The notes: generated by a model not told the origin, from the letters alone. Shown: positions 49,801 to 63,547, numbered from the stretch's first letter. The stretch is 64,000 bases of DNA from Chiloscyllium plagiosum (GCF_004010195.1 NC_057749.1:15565690-15629689); one strand, 5' to 3'. Made by a program: numbers and translations.

Positions 49801-51703
49801 CTACTTTTTTCCCATGTTTGACCTGATGCTTTGAGATTTCATGGAGTTTGGGGTCAATGTTGAGGGTTCCTATGGTAACTTCCTCCCCCCTGTATACTAT
49901 TATGCCACTACCTCTGCTGGGTTTGTCCTGCCAGTGGGACGGAACTTAACCGAGGATGCTGCTGATGTCTGGAACGTTGTGTTTAGGTATGATTCTGAGT
50001 ACGACTATGTCAGTTTGTTGCTTTAGTATCTGTGAGACAGCTCTCCCAATTTTAGTCCTGGACTCCAGATGTTAGTAAGGAGGACTTTGTAGGTTTGACA
50101 GGATTGTGTTTGCTGTTGTTGTTTCTGGTGCCTTAGTCTGTGTCACGTAGTTCATAGGATTTCATTCCTGTTATTGATAGTTGAGTCATTCAGGCTGACT
50201 GAGACGTCAGGTCAACTGTCATTATTTTCCTTGCAGAATTGTCTTAAAATGCAAAGTGAAATTTAATCATAGAAGTTATGCACAAAATAAACCATTCTGT
50301 CTATGCTTATGGCAGTTCTTTAACTAGAGATGTCTGTTCTAATCCCATTTGCATAGCATTTCTTTTCAAATACTTATATAATTTCCATTTAAATGATGCA
50401 GTGTCTGCCACTTTGGAGAAGCATTTTGTGCTGTAATAAATCTCTGTGAAAGCATTTCTTTAACTTCCCCTCTGTTATTCTCCTGCTGCTGCTCAGCCTG
50501 TTTCCATATTATTGATATAAGTAATCCATATCTACTTATCCTCTGAAAAACCTTTCATAATGTTGATTCTCCTTTAGCCTTTCCCTTCCAGTGAATAAGG
50601 CCTCAATATTTTAAGTTGTTAATCCTAAATATAACAGAAATACATAGAGCACAGAGCAGAGAAAGAAGCCATATGACCCAAACACACGACTAATGTTGCA
50701 CATGGGCCCCTCAAACCCGGAATCATTCTTCAATGCACTTTTCTAATGAGCTTCCTACATGCACAGTAGCCAAATAATAAAATAACAAATAACTAAGATG
50801 GTGCCGTAAGTAGCAAATTGTAAACTTTTCACTGTACTCATTTGAGTACATGTGACAATAAAGCTAATTCAATTCAATTCATTGTAATCAGTAACTGAGG
50901 TCTGCTTAAAATTTCAACTTGACTTCCTTTCTTTAACCTTCAGCTAGGAATCGGCAATAAACACTGGTCCAGCCAGCAACGCCCACGTCCCACGAATGAA
51001 TTAAAAAAGCCCCTATGTCAAAAGCTTAAGAAATACCTTCACCTTTTCTTCCACATTCTCATATTTATCTTTATTTTGTTTTCATTGTTTTTCATGTAGT
51101 CTTTCTGAGCATGGTAATAGAACCAAAACCAAATTCAGAATTCCGTTAGATATAATGACAGGAGTATTATTATGAACATGGTAATAGTGACACGGGTTGT
51201 TAAGAATTCTACATTATAACAGGAGGGTTATTGTGGAAGCAATGAAATTTGTTGCAATAATTGACAATGTCAAGAATTAAACACAACTATAAAGGATAAA
51301 TTATAGTTGTAACAAATTCAACTATTTCCAGTTATTTTCTAACATTTTAACATTGCATTATAGCTGACACATTGTAAAATAGGTATTTAGCTGCAGATAA
51401 TGAATATATCTCAGTTTTCATAACATAAAGAAATGGGTATAATCAACAGAAGCCTTTGTTGGCTTAATATAAAACATTTAAGCACAATATATAAAGGGGA
51501 GTATGACTTTCTTTTCCACTTTTATACAAAGAAAGTGCAACACAACAACAGGCCATTCATCCCAGCTGCTCTAAGTTAGCCTCTACCTTTGACAAGAGCA
51601 AATGGTTACAATCTCATTTACCCACCCTCTTCCTTTACCTATTTTTCTTCCTCTGATCTAATCTTGTCCTGACTTCTTTTATGCGGTGAATCTTGTTTTA
51701 CAG

Positions 51704-51826
51704 GAGTGCCACCCATCCCAGCAAGGCCAGGCTGGATTGCACGGGATTTATCTTCGTGCCTTTTGTACCGGGCTAGACTCCATGCTGCAGCCCTACAGAC
51801 AGGCTTTACTTGATCTTGAGCACGAG
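51704..51826 (+). CDS. tubgcp4: TUBGCP4 coding exon 3
   Basis: AG/GT bounded, ECHPSQQGQAGLHGIYLRAFCTGLDSMLQPYRQALLDLEHE. Confidence 0.96.
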
Positions 51827-53007
51827 GTACTTGTCTTCAACTTATATGACAAATTGTTCAAATGCTAAATACGAGACATGTGAATGGTTTCGCTATCATT
51901 TGAAAGAAAGCTGCAGTATTGTTAATATTTCAGTAAAATTGTCAGGTTTACCCGAATGCCCTACTCTGTCACAATTGAACTATGGAAGAACAACCAGCAA
52001 TGCAGTTCTAGTTTCTTTGTTACTGAAATCTGATGCCCGCTCTCCTCATTCTGAGATCCCATGGTACTATTTAAAGAACAGCATAGAGATCTACCGCTGT
52101 GCTGGTCAACGCTGCTCCCTCAACCAACATCATTCTGAAAATGACAGAGAGGCAAAGACCAGCTGGTTTATCACACCCATCCCATACAGTTATGGTGTAA
52201 CTGAGAATCCCCAGTGCCCCCAGCCAGCAGAAATCTCCTGAGATTCAGAGAACAAAAACCTTGGGAAATTTCTCCCTGACCTGTTACTGAGATTTTAAAA
52301 AAAACAAGCTTTAGGACTGCACGGTGACCATTTGACATGTTGCTGAATATCCTTTAGCACATAAAGCAACAGCATGCAATTAGATAGTATCTTTCCCAAG
52401 TTCACAATCTCATGACATTCCAAAATTCTTTATAGCCAGACAAGTACTTTTCATGTGTATCTGGTTGTAGCTGGGATGAACAGCAGCCAAGTTTAAATGC
52501 AGCAAGCATCCAGAAGCAGCAGAGTAATAAATAACCAAGTTTTCTGTTGTATTTTTAAACACTTTCATGGAATGTGAACATCACATTGTTAGGTCAGCAC
52601 TTATTGCCCATGCCTAATTGCCCTTGATCAGAGTGGCTTGCCAGCCTATTTCAGAAGGACAATTAAGAATCAACCACATTGCTGGTTGAGTCTGGAGACA
52701 TATGTAGGCCAGACTGGGTAGCGATGGCAAATTTCCTTCACGAGAATATATTAGTGAAGCAGATTATATTTTTATGACAACCTGATAGTTTCATGGTAAC
52801 TATTAATAGGATTAGCCTTGTATTCTTCATTTTATTAATTGACTTTGAATTCTACCAACTGCCCTGGTGAGATTGAACGCATGCCTCCAGCGGTACAGTA
52901 TTGCCATTATGCCTCTGTCTCCCTGATTGACTGCTGAAATTGACTATATGAAAGTGTTCTTTTTTTCTGAAGAATTCTAATGTTGTCTTTGCATATCTAC
53001 TTTGCAG

Positions 53008-53061
53008 TTCTTGGCAGACCCACATCTCTCCATCTCTCATGTAAACTACTCTTTGGATCAA
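53008..53061 (+). CDS. tubgcp4: TUBGCP4 coding exon 4
   Basis: AG/GTAAGT bounded, FLADPHLSISHVNYSLDQ. Confidence 0.95.
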
Positions 53062-53573
53062 GTAAGTCCCTGTTGCCGCATTTTCAAATTGGCCCATTCC
53101 TGAAATGTGTCTTGAAATGTTTGCTGCATTACAATACTGAAGATGAATCAGTGAATCTCTTGATGGGAAAGCTTACAAACACAGGACAGTGGACTGTGCA
53201 ATCAGGATTTTAGGAGCTAGGACTTAAGATCAGAAATAAACCATTCACCCCCTCTGGCCAGATGATAAATGAAATTCTTAAGGATAACATGGAAGACTCT
53301 AAAGTAATGCAATTATGATTAGGGTATGCAAGTATAGAATTAATCATTATATTTACTCAATTGTACTGTTACTCCACTCACACCTTTCATTTTGTTTTTT
53401 TTGATCGTGATCCAGAATTGTGGCTCTCCACTACAAAAAACTGGGCCGAGACTGTCTTAATCCTTAAATGATGATGGCAATAGAAGCTTTTAAGTCCTGA
53501 GACTTGCTGAGCCAAGATGTTCTGATACAATATTGCCTTCTCTTCGTTGCCTAACATTTTATTTCATTGCCAG

Positions 53574-53630
53574 TTTCAGCTGCTGTTCCCATCTGTTATG
53601 GTGGTAGTCGAACAAATTAAATCTCAAAAG
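53574..53630 (+). CDS. tubgcp4: TUBGCP4 coding exon 5
   Basis: AG/GTAAGT bounded, FQLLFPSVMVVVEQIKSQK. Confidence 0.95.
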
Positions 53631-54494
53631 GTAAGTGTTAGTTTTAAATGATATATTTGTGATCCAAATTACCACCCAGGCATTTACTGTTCACAGTTCA
53701 GACTGTCTGCTCTTCTCTTGCAATACTTATTCAGTGAGATCCAAGTAATATACTAATTTGATGATGCTTTCTGATTTAACTTCTCTTTCCCACCTTTGGG
53801 GTGTATAGATGAGAAATACATTAGGCACGGCTCAGTTGTAGTTTGCTCACCTTGGAGTCAGGAGGTTAAAGATGCTGACTTTAGAATGAGATGTGAAACA
53901 GAGTCCCTACCTACCTTGTCAGTGAGTGCAAAAGAGTTTGTGTGCTGTATAGATTCCAGCAGTATAAATATTTAAGATTTATCAGACTTCAGGGAAAGAA
54001 GTAGGAGATTACAAACATTCTTTTTTAAAAGAAAATTACAAATGTACCTGCAATCTTAATGGGTTAATGGTTAGTAAATATTATAAATTTTATAGAGATA
54101 CCAAAAAGAAATGATGTCTGTCTACCTTGTGTTCGAGGCAGGCTTAATAACTGTTTACACCATTTGCAGAACGACAAATTAATATTCAGTTCAAGGTCAA
54201 ATATTCATTACCTTTTTAATTAACCTGTTTTGTGATAGACATGTATACTTTATCAGCAAGGTTTGATATTTGTAGCTGTGCAGTTTCAGTGTTGTCTTTT
54301 TTGATCTCTTTTATCTTTTTTATTTATGTGGTTATAATAAATGGATTGTGCAATTCTTGTTTGAAGCTCTTATGTATGCTGCCTTGCTTGGTGTGCTCTT
54401 CCAGCCCCCCGCTTGTCTACTTACATTTGCTTTAGCTGTCTGGGAAATAAGCTCTGGCATTCAGTCTCTAAACTTCTCGCATCGTCTCACTATG

Positions 54495-54582
54495 TCTCTT
54501 TCTCTCTCTCTCTTTCTCTCTCTCTCTCTTTCTCCCTTTCTCTCTCACGCGCTCTCTCTCTCTCTCTCACTCTCACTCTCTT
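54495..54582. repeat. Imperfect (CT)n microsatellite
   Basis: Directly visible. Confidence 0.9.
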
Positions 54583-55873
54583 CCTTAAAGCCCATTCCCT
54601 GATGAAGTCCTGAATGAATATCTCCTTATGTGCTTCAATGGCCAAGTTTTGTTTGATAGTGCCGCAGGTGGGACTTTTTGCTGTGTTGGTGGCACTATAT
54701 AAATGCAAGTTATTGTCTTTTGGAAATATAATTGAATTCTGTAATCATTGGGATTTCAGGAAAGTGGGGTAAAAGACTCCTACTATGTCACCTTGAACTG
54801 TGAACGATTCTTTGTGTCACTTTGTGACTGCTGGTAGTTTATTGAACTATGTAACACTTGGAGCAAATGGCAACTATTACAGGCCTGTCGTTTGTGATGG
54901 GAGTAATTTGTAATATTAATTAAGAGTGTCATGCAAGAAACATCGTTCACAGTCGAAAGTCACATTGACTGAAAACATTATTTTTTTTCCTGTGGCGCAT
55001 TGGCATTGATGCATAAAATAAGCCTATTAATAGCATTGGGCTAATCCGCACAACAACAACTTGCATTTATATGGTACATTTAACACTCCGAGACACATCA
55101 CAGGAGCATTATCAGGTCAAATTTGACATCCAGCCCTGTGACTTATTAGGACAGGTGACCAAAAGCTTGATAAATGAGATGTTGTAAGCAGCATCTTAAA
55201 GGAGGGAAGAGAGAGGGATGGTGACTTATAAGGAGGGAATTCTAGAGCCTTGGCAGCTACACAAAGAAAACCCAATGACACCAGAAGCTGTAATATAGAA
55301 CACCCAATATAGCATGTAAGAAATTGGTTTTACCAGGAGTAATCTCTTTCATACGTTTGAAAATTGTGACAATATCTTATGTGGTATTGTAGCTTACTGC
55401 AGCATTCTGCATTAATATCAGAAGGTCCCAGTTATTTTGCGACGCATACCATGTCAGTGTTTGCACTCTACATAGGCTTCATCTTGCTCTCCTTCATCTC
55501 ATTCTATCAGCATATCCTTCAGTTCCTCTTTCCTGACTCGATCCAAGTTCTTCTTAAATGTTATCCTTTCCTGATATGGCCAACAATTTGACTCCAGATC
55601 CACAGCACCTAGCCACTGAAATGGCTCTCACTAGCCACTCGATTCAAAGAGCAATTAGTGATGGGCAATAGATGCTAGCCCAGCCAGTGACACTCAAATT
55701 CCAAGAATGAATTTAAAAAGAACTACTCAACTGGATCACTTCCTGTGATAGAGAGCTCCACATTCTCACCACTCTCTAGGTGAAGAGGGTTTTTCTGAAT
55801 TCCCCACTGAATTTGTTGGTGACTATGTTATATTTATGAACTCTGGTTTTGATCATCCCCACAACTGTTTTTT

Positions 55874-56213
55874 AGAATCCCTACAATGTGGAAACAGGCC
55901 CATTGGTCCAACCAGTCCACACTGACCTTCCGAAGAGTAACCCACCCAGACCCATTCCCCTACCTAATATTTACCCCTGACTAATGCACCTAATCTACAC
56001 ATCCCTGAACACTTTGGGCAATTTAGCATGGCCAATTCACCTAACGCGCACACCTTTGGATTGTGGGAGGAAACCAGAGCACCCAGAGGAAACCCACGCA
56101 GACATGGGGAGAATGTGCAAACTCCACACAGACAGATGCCCGAGGTTGGAATCGAATCCAGGTCCTTGGCGCTGAGAGGCAACAGTGCTAACCACTGAGC
56201 CACCGTGACGCCC
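55874..56213 (-). mobile_element. V-SINE (HE1-like), full length
   Basis: Reverse complement of head, V-domain and tail. Confidence 0.9.
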
Positions 56214-56397
56214 TTGGAAACACCTTCTCCATGTCTGCCTTACTAAGCCCTTGCGTGATCCGAAAGACCTCTATTTTTTCCAGCCCTCAGTCTTCTAATT
56301 TTTTCCAGCCTGGTCTGGCTTTCCTTATAGTTTTAGCTTTTCAATCCCTGGTCTGTATGAAATTATATGGTCTCAGTAAAAGCAGGATAAAAATAAT

Positions 56398-56566
56398 GAC
56401 TGCAGATGCTGAAAACCAGATTCTGGATTAGAATTTGGTGCTGGAAAAGCACAGCAGTTCAGACAGCATCCAAGGAGCAGGAAAATCGACGTTTCGGGCA
56501 AAAGCCCTTCATGAGCAATTCCTGATGAAGGGCTTTTGCCCGAAACGTCGATTTTCCTGCTGCTCA
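56398..56566. mobile_element. Family A palindromic element with best-preserved hammerhead core
   Basis: CTGATGAAGGGCTTTTGCCCGAAACGTC at 56522-56549. Its reverse complement (one change in the CTGATGA box) lies directly upstream. Confidence 0.82.
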
Positions 56567-56897
56567 GTAAAGCAGTATTAAAGCATGTACTGCCCAGTCA
56601 GCCTCTGTGTCACTGGGCTGAAGATGGTAAAATGTAGTCAGAATACCTTTTCATGCTTGCTATGGAATCTTCATTTGTGAGTACATAAACATGGATGTTG
56701 AGTGAGGACAGGATTCAGTTATCTTATCATGTTGATACTCAAAATCTCAGCTATTGCTATGGGAAACTGTTGGTAGCTGGGTGACCCCGTAAGAGCTAGG
56801 AGGAAGGGAGAGTAGAATGATGTCTCCAGAAACTAAACGTAATCGTTTTTAGTAATGTGTTGAATTCTAAGCTGTAAATGAATGGTTACTTTTTTTT

Positions 56898-57223
56898 TAG
56901 ATTAGATTAGATTAGATTAGATTAGATAACTTACAGTGTGGAAACAGGCCCTTCGGCCCAACAAGTCCACACCGACCCGCCGAAGCGCAACCTACCCATA
57001 CATTTACCCCTTACCTAACACTACGGGCAATTTAGCATGGCCAATTCACCTGACCTGCATGTATTTTGGATTGTGGGAGGAAACCGGAGCACCTGGAGGA
57101 AACCCACGCAGACACCGGGAGAACATGCAAACTCCACACAGTCAGTCGCCTGAGGCGGGAATTGAACCCGGGTCTCTGGCGCTGTGAGGCAGCAGTGCTA
57201 ACCACTGTGCCACCGTGCTGCCC
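56898..57223 (-). mobile_element. Young V-SINE with (TTAGA)n tail just upstream of the TUBGCP4 exon 6 acceptor
   Basis: CpG-rich intact copy with about five tail repeats. Confidence 0.92.
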
Positions 57224-57279
57224 GCTTTTTTCTGGAAAAGATATGTAGTGTTTCACTGTTTCTTCATTTTCCATCTTAG

Positions 57280-57359
57280 ATTCATGGCTGTCAACTGCTG
57301 GAGACCGTTCACCAACACAGCTGTGGAGGGCTTCCACCAGTCCGCAGTGCACTGGAGAA
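57280..57359 (+). CDS. tubgcp4: TUBGCP4 coding exon 6
   Basis: IHGCQLLETVHQHSCGGLPPVRSALE(K), 80 nt, phase-2 donor GTAAGA. Confidence 0.95.
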
Positions 57360-57669
57360 GTAAGAAACCAGGCAGTTTATTCATACTCTGTTCCACAGGG
57401 CTTTTGTCTTTATTAGGAATATAACCTTTGGTTGAAGACATTTCTTAGTAAATTGCTCATGGTTGTACACATAAGACATAGGAGCACATGGCTGATCTGA
57501 TTATGGGGATGAGGTGGGGGAGGAGGTGAGGTGAGGTGGGGTCTGGGTGAGATGCTCTTCAGAGGGTTGGCGCAGACTTGATGAGCCAAATGGCCTCTAT
57601 CTGCGCTGCAGGGATTTTATGATTCCATGAATTGTCTGTATTTCTCTGCAGATTCTTTCTGTCATCTGC

Positions 57670-58240
57670 ATCATTTGCCTTTTCACCTATTTTTTGTGTC
57701 ATCTGCAAACCTGGCTCCAGTCCCATTCACTTTCCTCATGCAAATCATTAACATCATTATAAATAATTGTCACTCCTGCATTGATACTGGCATTCTACTA
57801 GTTATAGGTTGCCATCCTGAAAATGCCTCCCTTATCCCAATCTCTGCCTTCTACTAATTAGCTAATCTTTTATCCATGCTACATACAAACCTCCAATAGC
57901 ATGTGCTTTTATTAAGCAGCCTAATGTGTGATACCTTACCAATTGCCTTTCTGAAGATCCAAATATCTTACATCCACTGCTTCCCCTTTATCTATCCCAT
58001 TTGCTACTTTCTCAAAGAATTCCTAATAAATTTAATAGGTATGATTTCCCCTTGTTGAAGCCATACTGACTCTGCTCAATCATATTGTGTATGCTATAAT
58101 TCTGGGCTACTGCATTTTCTATAAGAGACCCTAATATATCCTCCCAATAGCAGACACTGAGCTAACTGACCTATACTTATCAGTGTCTTCTTTCCCTTTT
58201 TTAAATAAAGGTGATGCATTGACAGTTTTCCACTCCAAAT
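57670..58240 (-). mobile_element. Old CR1 RT fragment
   Basis: NASPLFKKGKEDTDKYRSVS and reverse-complement FADD (gtgtcatctgcaaac). Confidence 0.7.
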
Positions 58241-59730
58241 GGTAATAGTGTTGGGAGAGAGAAACTTCAGAAAGCCAGTGTTCAGAATAACCTAGTGACC
58301 AGAATCTGTAACTGCACTGTAGCACAGGAAGTTAAATAGCAAATGTTGTCATAACAATCATTTGGGAATTATGACAGAGAAATGGGACTACAAAACCATG
58401 ACAGCAGGACATGCATGCCCCGCTCAGATAGGGACCAAATGTAGGCAAATGGGGCTAGTTTAATCCTGAAAACTGGGCAGCATGCTCAAGTTGGGCTGAA
58501 AGGCCTGATGCCATGCTGTAGACCTATGTGACTGTATTTAAAGATACTTGTTTTATTGATAAATTTTCTCAGCTGAAAGAAATGTTGTTAGGCATTAGTT
58601 CTGCTATTCTCATACGTTTTTATATGGTTAGGTGAATTAGTACAGATGTGTCAGAATTTTATCTCCTGCTGTCGAACACTTCACATTAAATGGATGGAGA
58701 TAGTCCCAGTTTCCAGATTGTTGACAAAGCAGCCCTTTATGTGGTGTAGCATTCTTCCTGACATAACCCCGAGTCCATGTACAATCCAGCTCTCTCTCCA
58801 CCATCTACTTCTTACGATTCTGCTGGGTCTAGCTTCAGTACAAGTTTGGCACCTGTTGTTTCCTCTGCTATTCAATGAGACAAAATAAAAGCTATGCTAT
58901 CAGATAAGGCTATTCAAGCCACCATAGTCCCAGTGCCATTAGAACAGTCAGCCCTGTAATATTCCCCCCTCATTGCCATAGTCCAGGTTGATGTACTCCC
59001 AATTCAAGATCTGAGCTCAGTGGAAACTCCAAATGCTGTTTTGCTGAGAGTTGTTCTTGAACAGCAAGCTACTTCATCCTTGCAATGGGAAATGGAATTC
59101 CTTCCAGATTATGGGGAAAGGGAGGATATTAGGTGCCAAACTCAGCCTTTGATGATACTTTACAACTTAATGTTGCCTCATTACTATCAGTACTGCCAAC
59201 AGAAACGGTTGGAAAGGACAGGAAGGACCTTGTTGCACTATTTGCCATCAGAGCAATGAACAGGAGGGATTTTAAAATTTTATAATCTAATGAAAGTTCA
59301 AAGTGCATGATGTCACAAGGGTTAAAATTCGTAGGAGCAAAGCCGAGAAGTAACAGCTGAGTGATTTTGAACTCGGATACTTCAAAGCAGTGGAAAAAAT
59401 GGGATCGGGATTAACACAGTTTTGAGAATTTGGGAAAAAAATTAGTTTGAAACAAAGGCAAGAATGATACGTTTCTAGACTGCCCTTTAGTATGCCGTGG
59501 AACACCCTAAAGCCTATGGAGTACTTCTGAAGTGTAGTCACTGTTGTAATGGCATAGGAGATAGTTGCACTTACCGTGATTTTCAGTGGTTAAGAAAGCA
59601 GCACTGGAAATTTAGGAGATAAATGGAAAGGAACAAAGATCATAATATAATATCTGTTAAAATAATGAGCTAAGGGTTATTGGTAATAAATGCAAATATG
59701 TTAATGAGTTGCTGCCCTGTCCCAATGCAG

Positions 59731-59935
59731 GATCCTAGCGGTGTGCCACGGTGTGATGTACAAGCAGTTATCTGCATGGATGCTGCACGGGCTGTTGTTG
59801 GACAAGTATGAAGAGTTTTTTATCAAGCAAGGGCCTTCCTCTGGCAGTGTTAGCTCCCAGCCCGAGGAGGAAGATGAAGAAGATCTGGGAATCCGAGGCT
59901 TGACTGGGAAGCAGCTCCGGGAGCTTCAAGACCTG
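59731..59935 (+). CDS. tubgcp4: TUBGCP4 coding exon 7
   Basis: [76 protein letters not shown]. Confidence 0.96.
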
Positions 59936-60030
59936 GTAAGCAGTGGAAACACCACAAATTGAAATGACTGCAATTTGTAAGGAAGTATCATATACAGGTA
60001 TTCCTGTGAAGTTGTATGAGTGTACTAGAT

Positions 60031-60209
60031 GGGCGAAAGTGAGGACTGCCGATGCTGGAAATCAGAGTCAAGATTAGAGTGGTGCTGGAAAAGTACAGCA
60101 GGTTAGGCAGCATTCTGATGAAGGGCTTTTGCCCGAAATGTCGATTTTCCTGCTCCTCAGATATTGCCTGATCTGTTGCTTTTCCAGCAACATTCTAATC
60201 TTGACTCTG
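60031..60209. mobile_element. Family A palindromic element with single hammerhead core on + strand
   Basis: Arms tcagagtcaagattagagtggtgctggaaaag / cttttccagcaacattctaatcttgactctga; core CTGATGAAGGGCTTTTGCCCGAAATGTC from 60115. Confidence 0.8.
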
Positions 60210-61024
60210 AGTGTACTAGATGACAAATGATGAGTGTACATTAGACAAGTTCATTCATTCATTACCATCTGCATTTAATGCTACATAATGTGAAGACTGT
60301 ACCTTTTTGTAGTGTCTTACGATCTGTTTAGTGTGAGAAACAGAACAGAAAGGATAATAATAAAGGATTTTTTTTTTAGTTCTGGGCAAGTATTTTCCAG
60401 GTCTCCCCGAAGCATTTAGAAGGATTCATGGGAGAACTCAACTGGAGCCAAAAAAATCAGTTTCCCCACAGCAGGTTAAAGTTTTACTATCACGTGCTCA
60501 GCACCTGTTGGAATGGTGGGGGTCAGGTGGCTCATGTGGGAGGCATTAATATAATGTGGCTCTGCTTTTCACCTTGTCTCTCAGACATCTGCAGGAGTGG
60601 TAAGCCAAGATTAAGTGGTGATCCTGGATTGTACAAATTCTTGGGGGAAAAAATTAGAATAATGAAGAAATTAAAAAGTCCAACATTATAGACCTTCATC
60701 AGTACAATTGTAGGGAAGGAAATTTTGTCTGCATGTGTTTAACTATGGTGCCCATTGGCACAGCAGGCATCAGAACTTGCCAACATTTGGTATTTTACCT
60801 GCACATGCAAATGTAATGAACTGAGAAGGAAGGAATTGTGTGGAAAAATCCACTCCACCCCGAGCCGAAGTCACCAGCTTTGTGTGTAATTTTCATTTTT
60901 TTGAAACCAGGAGTCCAGAAGTTGAGTCCTACTTGTCTTTCCAGTCGGGTTTATTGATGATAGTCTGAATGCCTGCCTAGCTTGGGTGGGCTGGTTGACC
61001 AGGTCAGGCTTCACCCTTAACGTT

Positions 61025-61600
61025 GTAATTGAATTGAACTGAATTAGCTTTATTGTCACATGTATTCATATTAGTAGTTAAAAGTTTACAAGTCGCTACT
61101 TACAATACCATCTTAGGTACACAGGTGCCTTGGTACAGGTTATTGAGTACAAATTCTTAAGAAAAATACAGAAGTTAAAAAGTCCAGCATTACAGACCTT
61201 CAAAAGTACAAAATAATAGTCATAAATTAGAAAAATAAATATTTTTTTGAATAACAGAGCTTCCATCATAATATAACAAAGAGGAAAAAAAAGAAATTTT
61301 GGAAAAATTTGAGGCAAAGTTGACTTGGTCCATTTCATGGCTCTAAACCCGAGCACCACCCCTCCCCCATGATTGGAATCCCAGGCCGGAGCCACCATGA
61401 GGCCAAAGAAAACACCGCATGGAGTCACAGACTGACAAAGCCACCACAAGGAGACCCAGACTGACACTGACAAAAACAGCCATTGAAACCAATGAAAAGG
61501 GCCCCAGGTTGCCTGCTGAAAGGAATCCCGGGTGTTTAACAAGTCAGATTTCATGTGATTGAGATTTCTGTTGAGTTGATCAACATAGAGAGTCTTCATT
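61025..61600 (-). mobile_element. Non-coding repeat ending in a Rex1-like (attca)n tail; short + strand relative at 50795-50880
   Basis: ttgaattgaactgaattagctttattgtcacatgta..accatcttag is the reverse complement of 50793-50880. The 5' extent is uncertain. Confidence 0.5.
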
Positions 61601-63547
61601 CTGTAACATTGTAAACTTCTGTTCAAAGGAGCTCTTTGATTGTAAAAGAGCGAAATAACTTAAAAAGTTTATACTCACTGAAGCTGGGAAGAGCAAGCCT
61701 ATCCAGCCTGGAATAAGATCTCCAACCCCCAACAAACCCACCCTTCCTAAAACCTCCAGATGGGGATGGAAAATTCCATCCACTGTCTTCCAGTCAATAA
61801 TTTAGTAATTCTGTATAAATGTACATAGCTCCCTCTGTGTGTGACTTCAGTCAAGATACTTTGAATTCAGACAGAGCTATCCCAGCCATCAGCAAACACA
61901 ATTTAAAAATATTCACATCAAGTGTTTTTGCTTCATTTTGCCTTCCTGTTGTAATAACTTGTATTTTAATTTAAACCGAACCTGTCAGTGGCACCAGCTT
62001 GGAGAAGTTATTTGACCTGACAGTGTGAAAGAGCTGAATTAATAGACACAGCTGAAGAGCTTTAGGTTAATGACCGTATCACCATTGATGTTCACTGAGC
62101 TTCCCCGGTTAGCTCAGCTGCTTCAAGCCTCTTGTCCTTATGTCACTATCTTTCACCCCGGGAGCTGACTTGGAAAGCAGCCTAAACTGTTGGGTTGGAG
62201 AGTCCATTCCATTTTCCAGGGCTAAAGAGTTTGAGCAGTATCAAGCCAATATATAGTGAGAATTGCCCAAGATTTGCCATGGAGTTGTTGTCTGTGGCTA
62301 AAATATGCTTCAGTGGGCAGTGCTTAAGACAAGGTGCCAGAGTGCAAAAGCTTTGCTTCCCTCCCATTGCTGAGAGAACAACAGTTATATGTATCCCAAC
62401 TCTGAAATGCAAAAGAAAGAGAGAAGGGAAAGAGGAAAGACTTGCATTTCTATACCACCTTTCTTAACCTCCGGGCTCTCTCCAAAGTAATACAATAAGT
62501 TATGTACTCTTGTTGTGTAGTTACCATTGCAATGGTGTAGAAGAATTTGTGTTTGCTTTGACTTACGAGGGCAATGAGGGCAGGTTGAAGAGCAGCATGG
62601 CTGCAATCTATCAATTATGGCTCAGTTGGTCACATGCTTACATTTGATTTGTAACATTTTAGGTTCAAATCTCACTCCAGGGCTTGAGCACACAACCAAA
62701 GTTCCATCTGTCTGCTCAGGTGGATGTAAAATATCCTATCGCACTTTTGCAAGTAAATAAAAAATTACTTGTCACTGATGTGCTACTGTTTGTGTCTGCG
62801 GTTTGTTTGATTGCAAAGTGACAATTGCATTTTCCATATTACAAATGTGACTACCCTTCAAAAAGTAATACAGACATCTGGGAGCTGTGGGAAGCACTGG
62901 ATAAAAACAGGATTTTCTTTTCTTTTTGGATTGGTGTAATGTGGGAAACTTGTGCACAGCAAGCTTCCAAAGGAGAAGTGTGACATTAACCAAATGATAC
63001 GCTTTCCAGTGATAGGGGCTGTCTTTAGCCTTCATGGGAAATGATCTGACTGCAGTAACTGACATTACACAGGCCCACTCAACAGCACAGAATGATCCTA
63101 CAAATTACAGTGAATTATTGTGGGTCTGTTTTTGATTAGCATTATTTAAGAGGGGAATAGCTTTAGATTTGCTGGTGGATGTTAAAAGATGCCATTGGCA
63201 ATATTCAAAGAGTGTACCTGATGTATACGAGGCTGTTGTGTTTGTCTATGTAACAGTTGCCTTTGGAGTATAGAATACAATAATTCAGATGTTCCAGTGT
63301 TTGTGAGCCCTTTTTAAGAAAAGACGGCTTTCTCCCACATTACAACAGTGACTATTCTGGAAAGTACTTCAGTATTGTGAAGTGAATCACAAGGATTCAA
63401 AAGGTAGAAATGCAGTTTATTTCACTATATAGATCCTCCACAAGAGGGATGTCATGGTAATTTGATTTGTGAAGCTATTTAGTTCATTGAACAATTCGCT
63501 GCTGCTATGCAGCACCAGATACTGACGTTTTTGTCTTTTACTGATAG

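Noticed and set aside
54586..54618. cctgatgaagtcctgaatgaata as a further hammerhead
   Set aside because: CTGATGA is present but there is no paired stem II followed by GAAA.
56898..56926. (TTAGA)n as telomere-like repeat
   Set aside because: It is the SINE 3' tail, not TTAGGG.
61096..61626. 176-aa hydrophobic minus-strand ORF
   Set aside because: T-rich low-complexity translation lying within a repeat-like segment of a TUBGCP4 intron.
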